Positions 12,322 to 26,584 of a stretch of DNA of 43,592 nucleotides are shown in pieces. Under the pieces are notes generated by a model. It was not told where the DNA came from, did not search any database, and worked only from the letters and a program-made list of their open reading frames with translations. A program made the translations under genes and the position numbers. Each line of letters begins with the position of its first letter. Position 1 is the first letter of the stretch. The stretch lies in the NCBI GenBank assembly GCA_024679065.1, contig JAGIQG010000287.1:1-43592 (forward strand), in the 5' to 3' direction. The stretch comes from Sphyrna mokarran (lineage: Eukaryota).

Positions 12322-12669
12322 CCATGAAGTAGCGAGGAGGTGAAGGAGGAGAGAAGTCACTGTCAAATCCCAAAGGAAGGCATTTGGTCCCGGGGCGGCC
12401 GGAGTATCCAACACGATGCTCAAATGGGGAGGTCGGGGACAAGCAAGTGATGCACAGCCAAGCCGGCCCAATTCAAAAAAAAAAGCGCCCCTGCCCCACC
12501 CCCGAGTAGAGAGTGTGTACACAACAACCTCAAGATTATTTTGCCTTAAAATCCAACAATGTGAATATTCATGTAAACCCAGCCAACCACAAAGCTTTCA
12601 GTGAAGCCCTCTTGCCATACAATGTATGCTGTTGATCTTACAGAAGAACTTCAGCTTTGCATCGTCATA

Positions 12670-13140
12670 AAAAAACATAAGAAATAGGAGCAGGAGTAGG
12701 CCATCTAGCCCTTCGAGCCTGCCCCACCATTCGATAAGATCATGGCTGATCTGAAGGGGATCACTTCCACTTTCCCGTTTTCTCCCCTTAATTCCCTTGT
12801 CTATCAGAAACCTATCTACCCGTGACTTAAATATATTCAGCGAGGTAGCCTCCACCACTTCAACGGGCAGAGAATTCCAGAGATTCACCACCCTTTGAGT
12901 GAAGAAGTTGCTCCTCAACTCCGATCTAAATTGCACCCCCACCTTATTTTGAGGCTGTGTCCTTATTCCCTTATCCATCTACCCGTGACTTAAGCATATT
13001 CAACGAGGTAGCCTCCACCACTTCAATGGGCACATAATTCCAGAGATTCACCATCCTGTGAGAGAAGAAGTTCTTCCTCAACTCTGTTCTAAACTGCACC
13101 CTCCTCCGCCCTTATTTTGAGGCTGTGCTCTCTAGTTCTG
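12670..13140 (-). mobile_element. CR1 3' fragment with internal ~160-bp tandem duplication
   Basis: FFTQRVVNLWNSLP; ctacccgtgacttaa..ttattttgaggctgtg occurs twice. Confidence 0.85.
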
Positions 13141-13149
13141 GTGTCTGTT

Positions 13150-13508
13150 TGAATCATTGAATCACTACAGAGCAAAATAGGCCATTCGGCCTATCACACC
13201 TGGACTGACTTTCTGACAGAGTATCTTTCTCAGGCTCTCTTTCGCACCTGTATCCGTAGCCCCACACATTCTCCGTGGCAAACTGATTTAAACTACACAT
13301 TTTGCGACGATGTGTCACCTTACCATGACCAATCCAACTAACCTGAACATCGTTGCACTGTGGGAATAGACCGGACCGCCCGACAGAAACCCATACAGGC
13401 AGAGGCAGAGTGTGCGACCTCCACACAATCACCCAGGGTCAGAATCAACCCAGGGTTCCTGGAGCTCTCAGGCAGCAGTGCCAACCACAGCACCATCGAG
13501 TTGCCCAT
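13150..13508 (-). mobile_element. HE1-type tRNA-derived SINE
   Basis: tRNA-like head on the minus strand, ccaatcca.ctaacctg.acatc core, CR1-like 3' end. Confidence 0.8.
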
Positions 13509-14475
13509 GTTTAAGAGATCAAGCTGTACAATCTGAAGGCGTTATGATCCGTTCATTGGATGTAATGCCCATGTTATTATCTGGTGGTTGGTTGCGCCTG
13601 GATGTAAAAATGGAGTGGAATGAAGCATAACTGAGATAGTATTTTCTATTTCGCCGATCTCTGCTCTTTCCTTGCTCAGGAAAAGTTCTTTTGCATTGTT
13701 GTCTCCTTTCAATTCAATGTCTTGTCACATCGAGACTTGCATTTGCAAAAAAAAAAAATCGGCTTTACGGTAACCTCCACGGGATTGTTTGTTCTAGGAA
13801 AGGGCCAACTTGAATACAATAATCTAACCAACGTCAAAAGTTTGGGATATATCTTCAGAACCCATGGCACTGTCTAAATGTGGGAAATAATTGGAATCAC
13901 AAAAAAACGGAGAGGTTTCTTAAAGGATCGATTTAATATGAGTGTCCATTAGCAGCTGGTGGGAGGAGTGAAAACTAAAAGGAAAACAAATATTAACAGA
14001 ACATTAGCAGGTGTGACCCTGATTTCTCAATAGAAAGGATGCACTCGTGTTGTACTTCATGGGATTCTTCACTTTGGATCGGACACACGAATACTCTCGG
14101 AAGCTTGGAAGAAAGGTCTGATAGAAAAAAACAGTGGGCATATTTTGTAAATATATGGTTCACCCGTCTGGATGGGGGTGAATATAAAGATGGCTACACC
14201 CTAACAAATCTTTCACAAATGGCTGTAATATTGTCAGTGCTGGTATATTTCTAAACCAAGATACTGAGGCGAACTTGCATAATAAACACTTTTTGTCATA
14301 TTACCATTTTAGATTTAAACTTCTGCAGTCATTCAAAATCTATCTCCTCCTAGCACACACATGTTATGTTCTTTTATGACCCAATTAATATAATGTAACC
14401 AAAGTACAAGTTAGAAGTAATTCAAAGGATTTGCCGCCAGTTTAATAAATGATAGCAGAAACTCCTCCATCGTTC

Positions 14476-15514
14476 TAGAACATAGAACATAGAACATTAC
14501 AGCACAGAACAGGGCCTTCGGCCTTCGATGTTGCGCCGACCAATATAAAAAGCAATGCCCCTCCAAACTAAACCATTCCCTTCTCTTCCATATACTTATC
14601 AACTAACCTCTTAAACGCCACCAAACTTGGCGCATCTACAACTGCTGCAGGCAGGGCATTCCACTCCCGAACCACCCTTTGGGTAAAGAACCTACCTCTG
14701 ATATGCGTCCTATAACTATCACCCCTTAATTTAAAGCTGTGTCACCTCGTGCTAGCTTTCTCCATCCTAGGAAAAATGCTATCACTGTCCACCCTATCTA
14801 AACCTCTAATCATCTTATATGTTTCGATTAGGTCCCCTCTTAGCCGCCTCCTTTCTAACGAAAACAACCTCAAATCCCTCAGCCTCTCTTCATAAGACCT
14901 GCCCTCCATACCAGGCAACATCCTGGTAAACCTCCTCTGTACCCTCTCCAATGCCTCCACATCTTTCTTATAATGTGGGGACCAGAACTGCACACAATAC
15001 TCCAAGTGCGGCCGCACTAGAGTTTTGTACAGTTGCAACATGACGTTGCGGCTCCGAAATTCAATCCCCCTACCAATAAAAGCTAAGACTCCATATGCCT
15101 TCTTAACAACCTTATCGAATTGACTGCCTACTTTCAGGGATCTATGCACAAATACACCAAGATCCCTCTGTTCATCAACACTATTAAGAATCCTACCATT
15201 AGCCCTATACTCTACACATTTATTATTCCTGCCAAAGTGCATTACCTCACACTTTTCCACATTAAACTCCATTTGCCACCTCTCGGCCCAGCTCTGCAAC
15301 TTGTCCAAGTCTCTCTGCAAACTATAACACCCCTCTTCACTATCTACCACTCCTCCGACTTTAGTGTCATCTGCAAATTTACTAATCCATCCTTCAATAC
15401 CCTCATCCAGATCATTTATAAAAATTACAAACAGCAGGGACCCCAAAACAGTCCCCTGAGGTACACCACTTGTCACCGAACTCCACGAAGAATATCTCCC
15501 ATCAACCACCACCC
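14476..15514 (-). mobile_element. CR1 subfamily A, 5'-truncated
   Basis: ORF 14742-15611 with GVPQG, FADD, LVRPHLEYC. Confidence 0.95.
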
Positions 15515-17001
15515 TAATGAACTGTCTACCAAATTTATTTATGAATAACATGATTTGCACAAATGGTTCATTTGTTCCTCTCTTAAGCATTTTAACTTCT
15601 GAAACTTGCAAGTGATATTCCCGTTAACCTGCTGCCCTTGTCCTTCTCGACGCTAGAGGGCATGTGTTTAGGAGGTGTTGTCCAAGGAGCTTATGTGAGT
15701 TGTTACAGTGCATCTTCTTTAACCTGCACACCGTTGCCGTTGTGTGTCAGTGGTTGATGGAGCGAGGGTTTATGAATGGGGTGGTAAGTGAATGAGGCTG
15801 CTTCACCCTCGGTGGTGTGGAGCCCTTGATTGGTTTTGGAGCGGCGCTTATTCTGACATGTGGAGAAGATTCCATTTCCAGACTTGTTCCTTACTTTGGG
15901 GTACAGTAGCTGAGTTAACCTCGCTTCGAATCTGCTCTTGTGTCCGCAGTTCTGTTTCTATTTAATGGTTGGAAGTGGGGGATTCAGGGAGGATGATGTC
16001 ATTGAATGTGAAAGGCCGATGTTAAGTCTCTCTGTTTAAGAGTTGTCCATTTATAATGTCGCCGTCGAGGCATTAGAGAATCACTGCTAACTCACAAAAC
16101 CAGAAACTCATGTTCCTTTTCCGGCGTGGGCCTCTGCCTGTAAGGCATCTACGTTTCTTCTCGTTGTTTTTGTACCCTACCACAGTCAAAAGAACGCGAT
16201 GATTAGGTGAATTGGCCATCCTAAATGTTCCGTCAGTGTACCCAAAAAGGCGCTGGATTGCAGCGACTTGGGAATGTTCACAGTAACTTCGTTGCAGTGC
16301 TAATGCAGGAAGTGTTAATGAGGTCTGGAAACATTGGACTCAGTTGAAATAATACACGGGCCTGAATTGGACACATATGTAATGTGATCAATTCACAGAT
16401 ATGTGAGACACTGCCCTCCAAGTAAGTTGAACGGGTGTGTGGGTCGTATAACTTGTGAACAATTGTATAACGGTCTATGGGTTATAATTAAGTAATACAA
16501 TGATTCTCCTGCTGTTTCTCACGACCTTGGCCCTCTCAGCCACAGAGAGAAAGCAGAGGTGGGATCAACAGTCCTCTGAAATTGGACTCGTTCAGTGGGA
16601 TTGGGAGGTCATCGATGGGGGTTAGGTAGTTGCATCTGAGGTTGGAGGTCAATGATCATCCCTGTTTTCAAATCCTCCCAGTATTGTAACACACCAACAT
16701 TGCAAATTTTGTCAGAGTTAGTTCCTCAGCAGGTTCTGAATATTTGCAACCTCAGGCTTACAGTTTGGGAGTTGTAGCAGGTTCATACACTCTCATAATA
16801 CAAACTCACTCCACATTTGTCACTCATCAGAATGAGGTTCTTTCCAGGCTCCTGCCCGTCTGTGTCACTAGAATATCACCCTGTCCTCCAGGGATGAAGT
16901 CCGCCCTCTCTGAGTACCTGAATGGGTTTAACTCCAAACGTAAGATGCACGCACTTTCCGTGTGAATCATTTCCATGTGTGAATCATTTCCGGGTACAAA
17001 T

Positions 17002-17306
17002 GGATGGTACAAAAGCACAGTGGTTAGAACTGCTGCTTCTCAGCTCCAGGGTCCTGGGTTTGATTCTCCTTGTGTCTACGTGAGTTCCCCCCGGGAACTC
17101 TGGTTTCCTGCCACAGTCCAAGGATGTGCGGGCTAGGTTGATTGGTCATGCTAAGAAATTGCTGCTCCGTGTCTAGGGATGCGTAGGTTAGAAGATTGGT
17201 CGGTATAATATGTAGGGATATGGGGATAGGGCCTGGATGGAATTGTGTTCGGTGCAGACTCGATGGACCGAAGGGCCTCTTTCTGCACTATCGGGTTCTA
17301 TGAATC
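17002..17306 (+). mobile_element. HE1-type tRNA-derived SINE
   Basis: A-box-like agcacagtggt, B-box-like ggtttgattc, 3' end accgaagggcct shared with CR1. Confidence 0.85.
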
Positions 17307-17359
17307 CCTGTTCCATATGTGCAAAGTCTCCACATGCAAATCCTCTACTTCTGCGAATC

Positions 17360-17600
17360 TTCAAATCAACTGCAGGGAAACAATTGGAGAAAATGCTGAA
17401 GGAAAACATCTACCTCCACTTTGAGAGGTAACACTTGATCAAGGAGTCAGCTTGGCGTTTGCAGAGGGAGGGCATGCCTGACTAATTTAACTGAATTTTG
17501 TGTGGGGTTTAGCAGGTGTGTTGACGAGGGTCGTCCAATTGTTATGGTTTATATGAATTTCAGCAAAACTTTTGGCAAGTTTTCACACGCAAAGCAAACA
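17360..17600 (+). mobile_element. Highly degenerate CR1 RT fragment
   Basis: Remnants of the QHGF..CLTNL..MDFSK region. Confidence 0.65.
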
Positions 17601-17607
17601 AATTCAT

Positions 17608-18340
17608 AAAACATAGAACATAAAACACAAACAGGCCTTTCAGCCCACAAGTTGTGACAATCATACCAATACCTATTAGGCCATAGAACTATCTGTGACT
17701 CCCAATTCCACTTAATCCCATGTACTCATCCAGAAGTCTTTTAGAAGACCCCAGCGAGTTCGCCTCGACCACCACCGACGGCAGCCGATTCCAATCAATC
17801 ACCACCCTCTGAGTGAAAAAATTACCCCTAGCATCCCCTCCGTACTTGCTTCCCTGCACCTTAAATCTGTGCCCTCTCGTCGCGACCATTTCAGCCCTGG
17901 GAAATAGTCTCTGAGAGTCTACCCTATCTATTCCTCTCAACATCTTGTAAACCTCTATCAGGTCGCCTCTCAACCTTCGTCTCTCCAGGGAGAACAGTCC
18001 CAGCTCCCTCAACCTGTCTTCATAAGGCATGCCTCCCAATCCAGGCAACATCCTTGTAAATCCCCTCTGCACCCTTTCAATAGCTTCCACGTCCTTCCTA
18101 TAGTGAGGCGACCAGAACTGCGCACAGTACTCCAAATGTGGTCTGACAAGGGTCCTATAAAGCTGCAGCATTACCTCCTGACTCCTGAACTCAATCCCTC
18201 GATAAATGAAGGCCAGTACACCGTAAGCTTTCTTAACCACATCCTCCACCTGGGAGGCCGATTTGAGAGTGTTATGGACCCGGACCCCAAGATCCGTCTG
18301 CTCTTCCACACAGCTAAGACTCCTACCTTTGATAGTGTAC
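17608..18340 (-). mobile_element. CR1 subfamily B, 5'-truncated
   Basis: FRSQEVMLQLY..LVRPHLEYC..WNRLP. Confidence 0.93.
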
Positions 18341-20521
18341 ATAAAACAACAAAATACAATTTCACATCTCAATATAATACAACAAATATGATTTTATATA
18401 TCAATTTAATACAACACAATACGATTCCACATCCCAATCTAGTACAACAGAACGCAATTCACATCTCAACCTAATACAACGACACAAGATGATTCCACAT
18501 CTCAATCCAATACAACACAATATGATTCCATGTCTTAATTTGTACAACACAGTGTGATTCCTTATTTTCATCTATTACTACACAATATGATTCCAAAGCT
18601 CACTCTATTAAAATTCAGCATGGTTCCACATCACAACCTCATGTAACACAGTATGATTGCAAAAACTCGACATAGTTCCACTTCTCAATCTAATAAACAC
18701 AATATAATTCTACATCCCAATCTAATAAACACAATATGATTCCACATCTCAAACTAATAAACATAATATGATTCTATACCTCAATCCAATAAAACACAAC
18801 ATGATTTCACATCTCAGGCTAATGCAACTCAATATGATTCCACATCAAAATCTAATACAACTACACAATATGATTCTACATCTCAATCTAACACAATACG
18901 ATTCCACAACACAATCTAATGCAATTCAGTATGATTTTACATCTCAATCTAATACAATAAAAAAGATTCAACATATCAAACTAGTATATCACAGTATGAT
19001 TATACATCTCAATCTAATAAAATATGATTCTACATCTCATTTGACCACAACACTATACAACTCAACTCAATATGCTTCCACATCTTAATTTCATTGAACA
19101 CAACATGATTCCAAGTTAACTTTGTCAACTTAATATAACACAATACGATTCCACGTTTCAATCTTACACAAAACAATGCGATTACATATCTCAATCTCAT
19201 ACAGTAGGATTCCATATATCAATCTGGAACAATTTTATGTTTCAATATAATGATTCCTAATCTCAACCTTATAGATCAGAATGTGTTTCCACGTCTCAAT
19301 ATATTATTAAGCAATACGATTCCACATGAGAATCTCATACGTCTAACAATATGATTCCACATCTCAATGTAATTGAACACAACATGATTTCACATATCAA
19401 CTTAGTATAACACAAAAAGATTCCTCATCTCAATCTAATACAAAACAGTGCAATTCCATATCTCAATCACATACCACAAAATACGATTCCATATATCAAT
19501 CTCATAGAATATAGTACGATTTTGCATCTCAATATAAGCAACATAGTATGATTCCTCATCTCAATTTAATATAACTCATCATGACTCTACATCTCAATGT
19601 AACACAGCACAATATATGATTCTACATCTCTGTTTAACACATCACTGTGTAAATCCACGCCCCAATTTAATTCAACGCAATATGATTCCACATCTCACTC
19701 TAGTACAGCACAATATGATTCTACGACTCATTCTAATGCAATTCAATATGATTCCATTTCTCAATCTAACACAATACGATTCCACAACTCAACCAAATAC
19801 AACTCTCTATGATTCCGAATCTCAATCTAACACAATATGATTCCACATCTCAATGTAATATAGCACAATATGATTCTGCATCTCAATCTAGTACAATAAA
19901 AAAGCAATTCAACATCTCTAGCTAATACATCACAATATGATTCCGCATTTCAATCTAATAAAATATAATATGATTCTACATCTCAACTGACCACAACACA
20001 ATACAATTTCACATCTCAATCTAATAAAACACAATATGATTCCAAATTCCAATTTAACATAAGACAATGTGATTCCAAATCTCAATCTAATGCATCTGAA
20101 TATGATTCCACATTTCAGTCGAACAGTGCCCAATATGATTCCACATCTCAATTTAATACAACACAGTATGATTTCAAATCTCAATCTAATACAACACAAA
20201 TATGATTCCAAATTTCAATGTAATACAACATAGAACAATCCAACATCTCACTCTTAAACAACACAATATGACTCCACGTCTCAATCTAATACAACACTAT
20301 ATTTAATTGTTATACAATAAAAAAAACAATTGCAAATCTCAATCTAATCCAACACAATATGATTCATCATGTCAACCTGACAAAACACAATATGATTTCA
20401 CATCTCAATATAACGCAAACGATTTCACATCTCACTCTAATATAACACAACATGATTCCACAACTCAATGTAACACTGCACAAAATGATTCTACTTCTCA
20501 TTCGAACACAATACACTACAA
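18341..20521. repeat. ~33-bp AT-rich minisatellite, left block
   Basis: Unit approximately caatatgattccacatctcaatctaatacaaca, spacing about 28-36 nt. Confidence 0.95.
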
Positions 20522-22417
20522 TTCCACAAGGAGAATCCCAAGGCCTTCTACAAATATGTCAAAAGTAAAAGGATGAGACGAGAAGGGGTAGGACCTATAA
20601 AAGGTGAAGGGGGAAACGTCTGTGTGAATCCGGAAGAAATGGCAGAGGTGCTTCATGAGTACTTTGCCTCGGTATTCACGGTAGAAAGTGAACTGGGAGG
20701 TTGTACTGCAGGTTTGAGGCAAACGGAAAAGATTGAGTATGTGGAAGTTAGGAAAGAGGATGTGTTAGACCTGTTAAATTCTATCAAGATAGACAAGTCG
20801 CCGGGACCGGATGGGATGTATCCCAGGTTATTGTGGGAGGTGAGAGAAGCGATTGCGGAGCACCTGGCGATGATCTTTGCGTCGTCCATGGAAACGGGAG
20901 AGGTTCCGGAGGATTGGAGGATTGCGGATGTGGCTCCTATCTTTAAGAAAGGGAACAGGGATAGCCCAGAAGTCACCGACCGGTGAGTCTGACTTCAGTG
21001 GTTGGTAAGCTGATGGAGAGGCTTCTGAAGGATAAGATTTATGAACATTTGGAGAAGTTTGGACTGATTAGAAATAGTCAGCATGGTTTTGTCAAGGGCA
21101 GGTCATGCCTTACGAGCCGAGTTGAGTTCTTCGAAAATGTGACTGAACACATTGACGAAGGAAGAGCAGTGGACGTAGTGTACATGGACTTTAACAAGAC
21201 GTTTGATGAGGTCCCCCATGCAAGGCTTCTGGAGAAGGTGAGAGGGCATGGGATCCAAGGGGCTTTGGCCTCGTGGATCCAGAACTGTCTTGCCGGCAGA
21301 AGACAGAGAGTGGTTGTGGATAGGTTTTGTTCTGCATGGAGTTTGGTAAACAGTGGAGTGCCCCAAGGATTTGTTCTGGGTCCCCTGCTGTTTGTCATTT
21401 TCATAAATGACCTGGATGAGGAAGTGGAGGGATGGTTTAGTAAGTTCGCCGACAATACAAAGTCGGTGATGTTGTGGATGGTCTGGAGGGCTGTCAAAAG
21501 TTGTAGCGGGACATAGACAGGATGCAAGACTGGGCGGAGAAGTGGCAGATGGACTTCAACGCGGATAAATGTGTAGTGGTCCATTTTGGCAGGAATAATG
21601 GGATGAAGGAGTACAATATAAGGACATAGAACATTACAGCACAGAACAGGCCCTTCGGCCTTCGATGTTGTGCCGACCAAAGGACCAATAGGAGTAGGAG
21701 TCTGAGCTGTGTTGTAGAGCAGAAGGATCTCGGGGTCCGGGTCCATAGGACTCTCAAATCGGCCTCGCAGGTGGAGGAAGTGGTCAAGAAGGCTTACGGT
21801 GTACTGGCCTTCATTAATCGAGGAATAGACTTTAGGAGTCAGGAGGTAATGATGCAGTACTATAAGACTCTTGTCAGACCCCACTTGGAGTATTGTGCCC
21901 AGTTCTGGTCGCCTCACTATAGGAAGGATGTAGAGGCTATTGAGAGAGTGCAGAGGAGATTTACAAGGTTTCTGCCTGGATTCGGAGGCAGGCCTTATGA
22001 AGATAGGTTGAGCGAGCTGGGACTCTTCTCACTGGAGAGACGTAGGTTGAGAGGCGACCTGATAGAAGTTTATAAAATGTTGTAAGGAATAGATAGGGTG
22101 GACTCTCAGAGACTATTTCCCAGGGCTGAAATGGTCACTACGAGAGGACACAGATTTAAGTTGCAGAGAAGCAAATACAGAGCGGATGTTCGGGGTAAGT
22201 TTTTCACTCAGAGGGTGGTGAGTGAATGGAATCGGCTACCGTTGGAAGTTGTTGAGGCAAACTCGCTGGGGTCTTTTAAAAAAAAACTTCTGGATGAATA
22301 TATGAAAACGAATGGGATAGGGGGTTATATATAGGTCTGTGGATTGGTAGATGTGATAGGCGCAACTCGTAGGCCGAAGGGCCTGTTTGTGCTATATTGT
22401 TCGATGTTCTATGTTCT
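20522..22417 (+). mobile_element. CR1 subfamily B inserted in the 33-bp array, carrying an inverted subfamily A 3' end at about 21624-21680
   Basis: KSPGPDG, QHGF, GVPQG motifs with frameshifts; nested reverse tail acatagaacattacagcacagaacaggcccttcggcc. Confidence 0.94.
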
Positions 22418-23222
22418 ATCTCAGTTTAACACGACACAATATATTTACACATCTCAATCTAAAATAACACAATATGATTCCACATCTCAATCTCATGCAA
22501 CTCAATATGTTGCACATCTCAATCTAACACAATACGATTCCACAACTCAATGTAATGCAACTCACTGTGATTCCGCATCTCAGTCTAACATATTATGATT
22601 CTGCAACTCAATCTAATACAACGTAACATGATTCTACATCTCATTCGAAGACAACACAATGCAATTCCGCATCTCAATCCAATGCAACTCAATATGTTTC
22701 CGCATCTCAATCTAATATAACACGTTATAATTCCACATCTCAATCTACAATAACACAATCTAATTCCACATCTCAATCTAACACAAAGGAAAGCGATTCC
22801 TCATTTCAATATAACGCAACTCAACGTGATTTGACATCTCAATCTAATTCAACACAATATGATTCCACATTTCAATTTAATACGCACAAGGCTGTTCAAT
22901 ATATCACTCTAATGTGACAAAATATGATTCCACATCTCAATCTAATAAAACTCAGCATGATTCCACATCTCAATCTCAAACAAGTGCGCAATATGACTCA
23001 ACATCACAATACAATAGAACACAATATAACTCCAAATCTCAATCTGATAAAACTCAGCATGATTTCACATCACAACCTCATGCAGCAGAATAAGATTCCA
23101 CATCTCAGTCTGATGAAACCCAGTATGGTTCTACATCTGAATTTAATATAACTCAACATTATTCCACATTTCAATCTAATAAAGCACAGCATGATTCCAC
23201 ATCTCAATATAATGCAACCCAA
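22418..23222. repeat. ~33-bp minisatellite, right block
   Basis: Same unit as 18341-20521. Confidence 0.95.
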
Positions 23223-24134
23223 AACAAATCAAAATCTCACTGTTATTACATTGTGATGCGCAAGCATATTGTATCATATTAGAAGGCTTTAGAATGAAAT
23301 GGGTATTAAATAATGCAGTAATGATATTTTCAAAACGAATGGCTAATAAACTGCTAGCGTTAAATTTCATAACTCAAGGACTTGATTGTGTGAGTAAGTC
23401 AGCTAAAACATAAAACTCTGCTACAAATATAACCAGAGTGATAGGCGGGCGGATAGCTTGATCTTGGGTTTGGACATAGGTCGACACAACATCGAAGGGC
23501 TGAAGGACTTGTTGTACTGTTCTATGTTCTACGTAACTTAAACTTTGGGATGATTATGGCATTGTGCGTTGATTAAAGAGGCAAATAATGTAACTTTGGA
23601 TTGGGTACAGGGGGTCCAACCTGGGAATTCTGCCAGATGACCAAGCCCTTCTCCAGCAGATTGACTAGTTTTGGCTTCCTCACAAAACCAATTGAAATTA
23701 TTGTTATGTATTGCTAAGCAAACAGGATGCCATTTTGTTTAAGGAGTGAACTTCTGTTAGTTTAAAGAACAAGTGACAGATCAATATTTTAAGTGTCAAG
23801 TTATAATTCAGATTATGGAGTTGCCATGAATAGACGACACAAAAAATATTAGATGAGATCATGTTAAGTTAATTGCGTGATAGCATCTTAGCTAAATTCT
23901 AAAATTGTCAAATTTCTGGCGCAAAAGTGGACATCAGCTGAGGAAACTCAAGGTGTTGTCGCGCCATTGAATCCCCCTTCAGCCGAATTACCAGAGTAGT
24001 CTATTGTATGTTTTCAGTTCTTTGAACTTTTTCTGTGTCTATAACAAGACTAGTTTTGAAAATTATGCTTGTAATACTGACTTTCAGTTACCTTTGCGAG
24101 ATTTACTAATCAGAGTTACATAGCACAAAGAAAG

Positions 24135-24540
24135 GTGTAGCATAGGAACAGGCCTTCGGCACTCCAGGCCTTCGCCCACTATAGTGCCCGACTAGAGAAA
24201 AACTGTATGCAGTTTTTGAATCCGTAACCTTCCAAATCGATCCTATTCATGTATGCATCTAGTTGTCCCTTAGATGTCGCTAAAGTATCTGCTCCGACCA
24301 CCTCTCCAGGCATCGTGTTCCATTTTCATCACCTCTGTGTAACATTCTTGCATTGCATATCCCCTGTAACCTTTTCTCCACGTTAACACTAAAACCCCTA
24401 ATTGTGACTTTTCTACCCGAGGAAATAACATCTGACTATCCACTCTATTCATGCTACTAATAATTTTGTAGACCTCTATCAGGTCGCTCTCAATGTCTGT
24501 CAACCCAGTGAGAACAAATCGAGTTTATCAAACCTCTATT
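24135..24540 (-). mobile_element. Degenerate CR1 3' fragment
   Basis: DLIEVYKI..RVDSQMLFPRVE. Confidence 0.75.
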
Positions 24541-25019
24541 AGTTTCTATAACCTATAAGATAATTTGCCAACCAGAATAGAACTCCCCATTATAGCGTCC
24601 ATGGCAAAAGTGAGGAGAAAATCTTTCCAACGACACACGGTTTGGAGACCAGAGGGTCCAGATATTTGGTGAAAAAAGAAATGGAACCGTGAAGATGAAG
24701 GTTTTTTTTTAACAACACGATGAGTTTTGATTAGGGATGCCGATTAAATTGATACACTCACGAGGAAATTAAGTAATTACTTGATGGAAGTTGTTGGGAT
24801 ATTAGCAAAAAAACAAGAAAGAGGGATACATTCTACATCACTTTGAAAGAGCCCAGGCTGCCAAGAAGGGCCGAATGGACTCCATTTTGTCTCTGTCATT
24901 CTATATTTTAGTTCTGTCATTAACATTTTGCCTTTATCTGAAGTTAATAAATCTCCTTTATTGGTAACTTTACGAATATGGAACAATCGGGTGATATTGG
25001 TACCATTCAGTTAATCTGA

Positions 25020-26295
25020 AACAGCCAGCATTGAATTAATTTAATTTATTATTGTCACATGTATTTGGGTAGAGTTTAAAACATTGCCTCAAGGTATTGG
25101 CAATGAATGAAAAGTATTGTTTCTTGCACAGTCTACAGGCAAAACATACCGTTCGTAGAATATATGGGAAGAAGGAAAGGAGAAGTTGCAGAATATAGTG
25201 CTGATGTCATTGCTAGGGTGTATATATATAGAGAAAAAAAACATTATAAGGTAGGTCCTTTCACAAGTACGATTCAGCAGGAAAGAAACACTTCTTGAAT
25301 CGGTTGGTAGGTGATCTCAGAATTTTATACATGTTTTCCCGATGGAAGTAGATAGAATGACGTATACCTGGGGTGCGTTGGGTACTTTAAATCCAGGTGA
25401 TTAGACACGGGGCTTTTGTTTCAATTGATTGGAGAATATTGAGATTGATTCATTATGATCAGCTGTAAATAATTCACTTCTTCAGCATGAGGTTAAACGT
25501 TGGAGAAAGAGACAAAGAGTCTGGTGAACTGAAGAAGGGATCTTAATCTCTCTCTCAATGGGAACAAAACAAAAGATGTAGTCATCGACTTGAGGAAACA
25601 TAGTGGAGGACAAGCCCCTGTCTGTGCAAATGGGAGTGAAGAGGAAATGGTCGAGAGCTTCAGATTTCCTGGTGCTTAGATCACCAACAAACTGTCCTGG
25701 TTCCCCAATGCCAATTGTTAACAAAACACACTAATCCTTCTACTTTCCCAGGAGACGGAGAAAATTTGGCATGTCAGCGACAACTCTTACCAACTTCACA
25801 GATGCACCAAAGAAAGCATCTTTTCCGAATGTATGATAGTTTGGGATTGCTCCTGCTCTGCCCAAAACCACAATAAACTACAAAGTGTTGTGAAGGAAGC
25901 ATGGTCCCATTTCGAAAGCCTGACTACTCCCATCCTTCGATTCTGTCCACACTTCCCGCTGGGAAAAAAAAAACAAACATAATTAAGGACCCACACACCC
26001 CGGATGTTCCGTTTTCCACCTTTCTCTGTCAGGAGGAAGATGCCTAATATTATATGTTAACGGAGTGAAAAATGGCTTGTTTCCTGCTCCTTCAAACTTT
26101 TGAAAGGATCCACAGCGCATTAAATTGATCTGCCTGTATACCCGAGCTATGACGGTGACACTACATTCTGCACTGTCTCATTTCCTTCTCACCTGTGCGC
26201 TCTATGAACAGCAGGCGTTTTCTGTATCACGCGCAAGGAGCATTACTTTTCTCTGTATCCAATACGTGTGACAATAATAGCTGAAATCAAATCAA
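25020..26295. mobile_element. Rex1/Babar-like LINE fragments (minus about 25030-25390; plus about 25480-26295)
   Basis: Plus-strand TKDVVID..RKHSGGQAPVCANG..VESFRF resembles the Rex1/Babar RT C-terminus; tail (AAATC)n. Related pieces at about 32545-32850, 34380-34945 and 38800-39070. Confidence 0.65.
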
Positions 26296-26584
26296 AAAAT
26301 TCAGTTATGCAAATTATAAAGTGCAGCAACTGCCTGCTATCTCAATGGTGTTGACCATGCAAAGGTACCAGTCTAAGTGAGGGTGACCCAAACTTTAAAG
26401 CAGGTGCCTAGGCCAGAAAGGAGAGGATGGGCTGGGATCGTGTATCTTTTTGCTGTTCTACACACAGCAGCTTTTCTCTCGGGTAACTTCATACTGGGCA
26501 CCCGGGGATGAGAAAACTTCGTGGAAATGCACGTTTTGCAGAGGAAAATGCAGTGGTGAAGAATTGGAAAATTCAGTTATTTTA

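Noticed and set aside
16500-16628. Plus-strand MILLLFLTTLALSA signal-peptide-like short ORF
   Set aside because: Only 42 codons, weak donor, and no downstream plus-strand exons found.
17002-17075. tRNA gene
   Set aside because: The tRNA-like head continues into a SINE body and LINE-derived tail, and the B box is degenerate.
21078-21917. 279-aa antisense ORF and similar shadows (29185-29745, 15120-15548)
   Set aside because: Antisense frames of CR1 ORF2, recurring in each copy, with no independent protein features.
18548-22570. CACAGTG/CACTGTG heptamers as RSS
   Set aside because: They are variants of the satellite unit with no properly spaced nonamer or adjacent gene segment.
18341-23222. 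CRISPR-like array or 11-aa repeat protein
   Set aside because: Eukaryotic head-to-tail degenerate repeat with no unique spacers; ORFs are short by-products of the 33-bp period.
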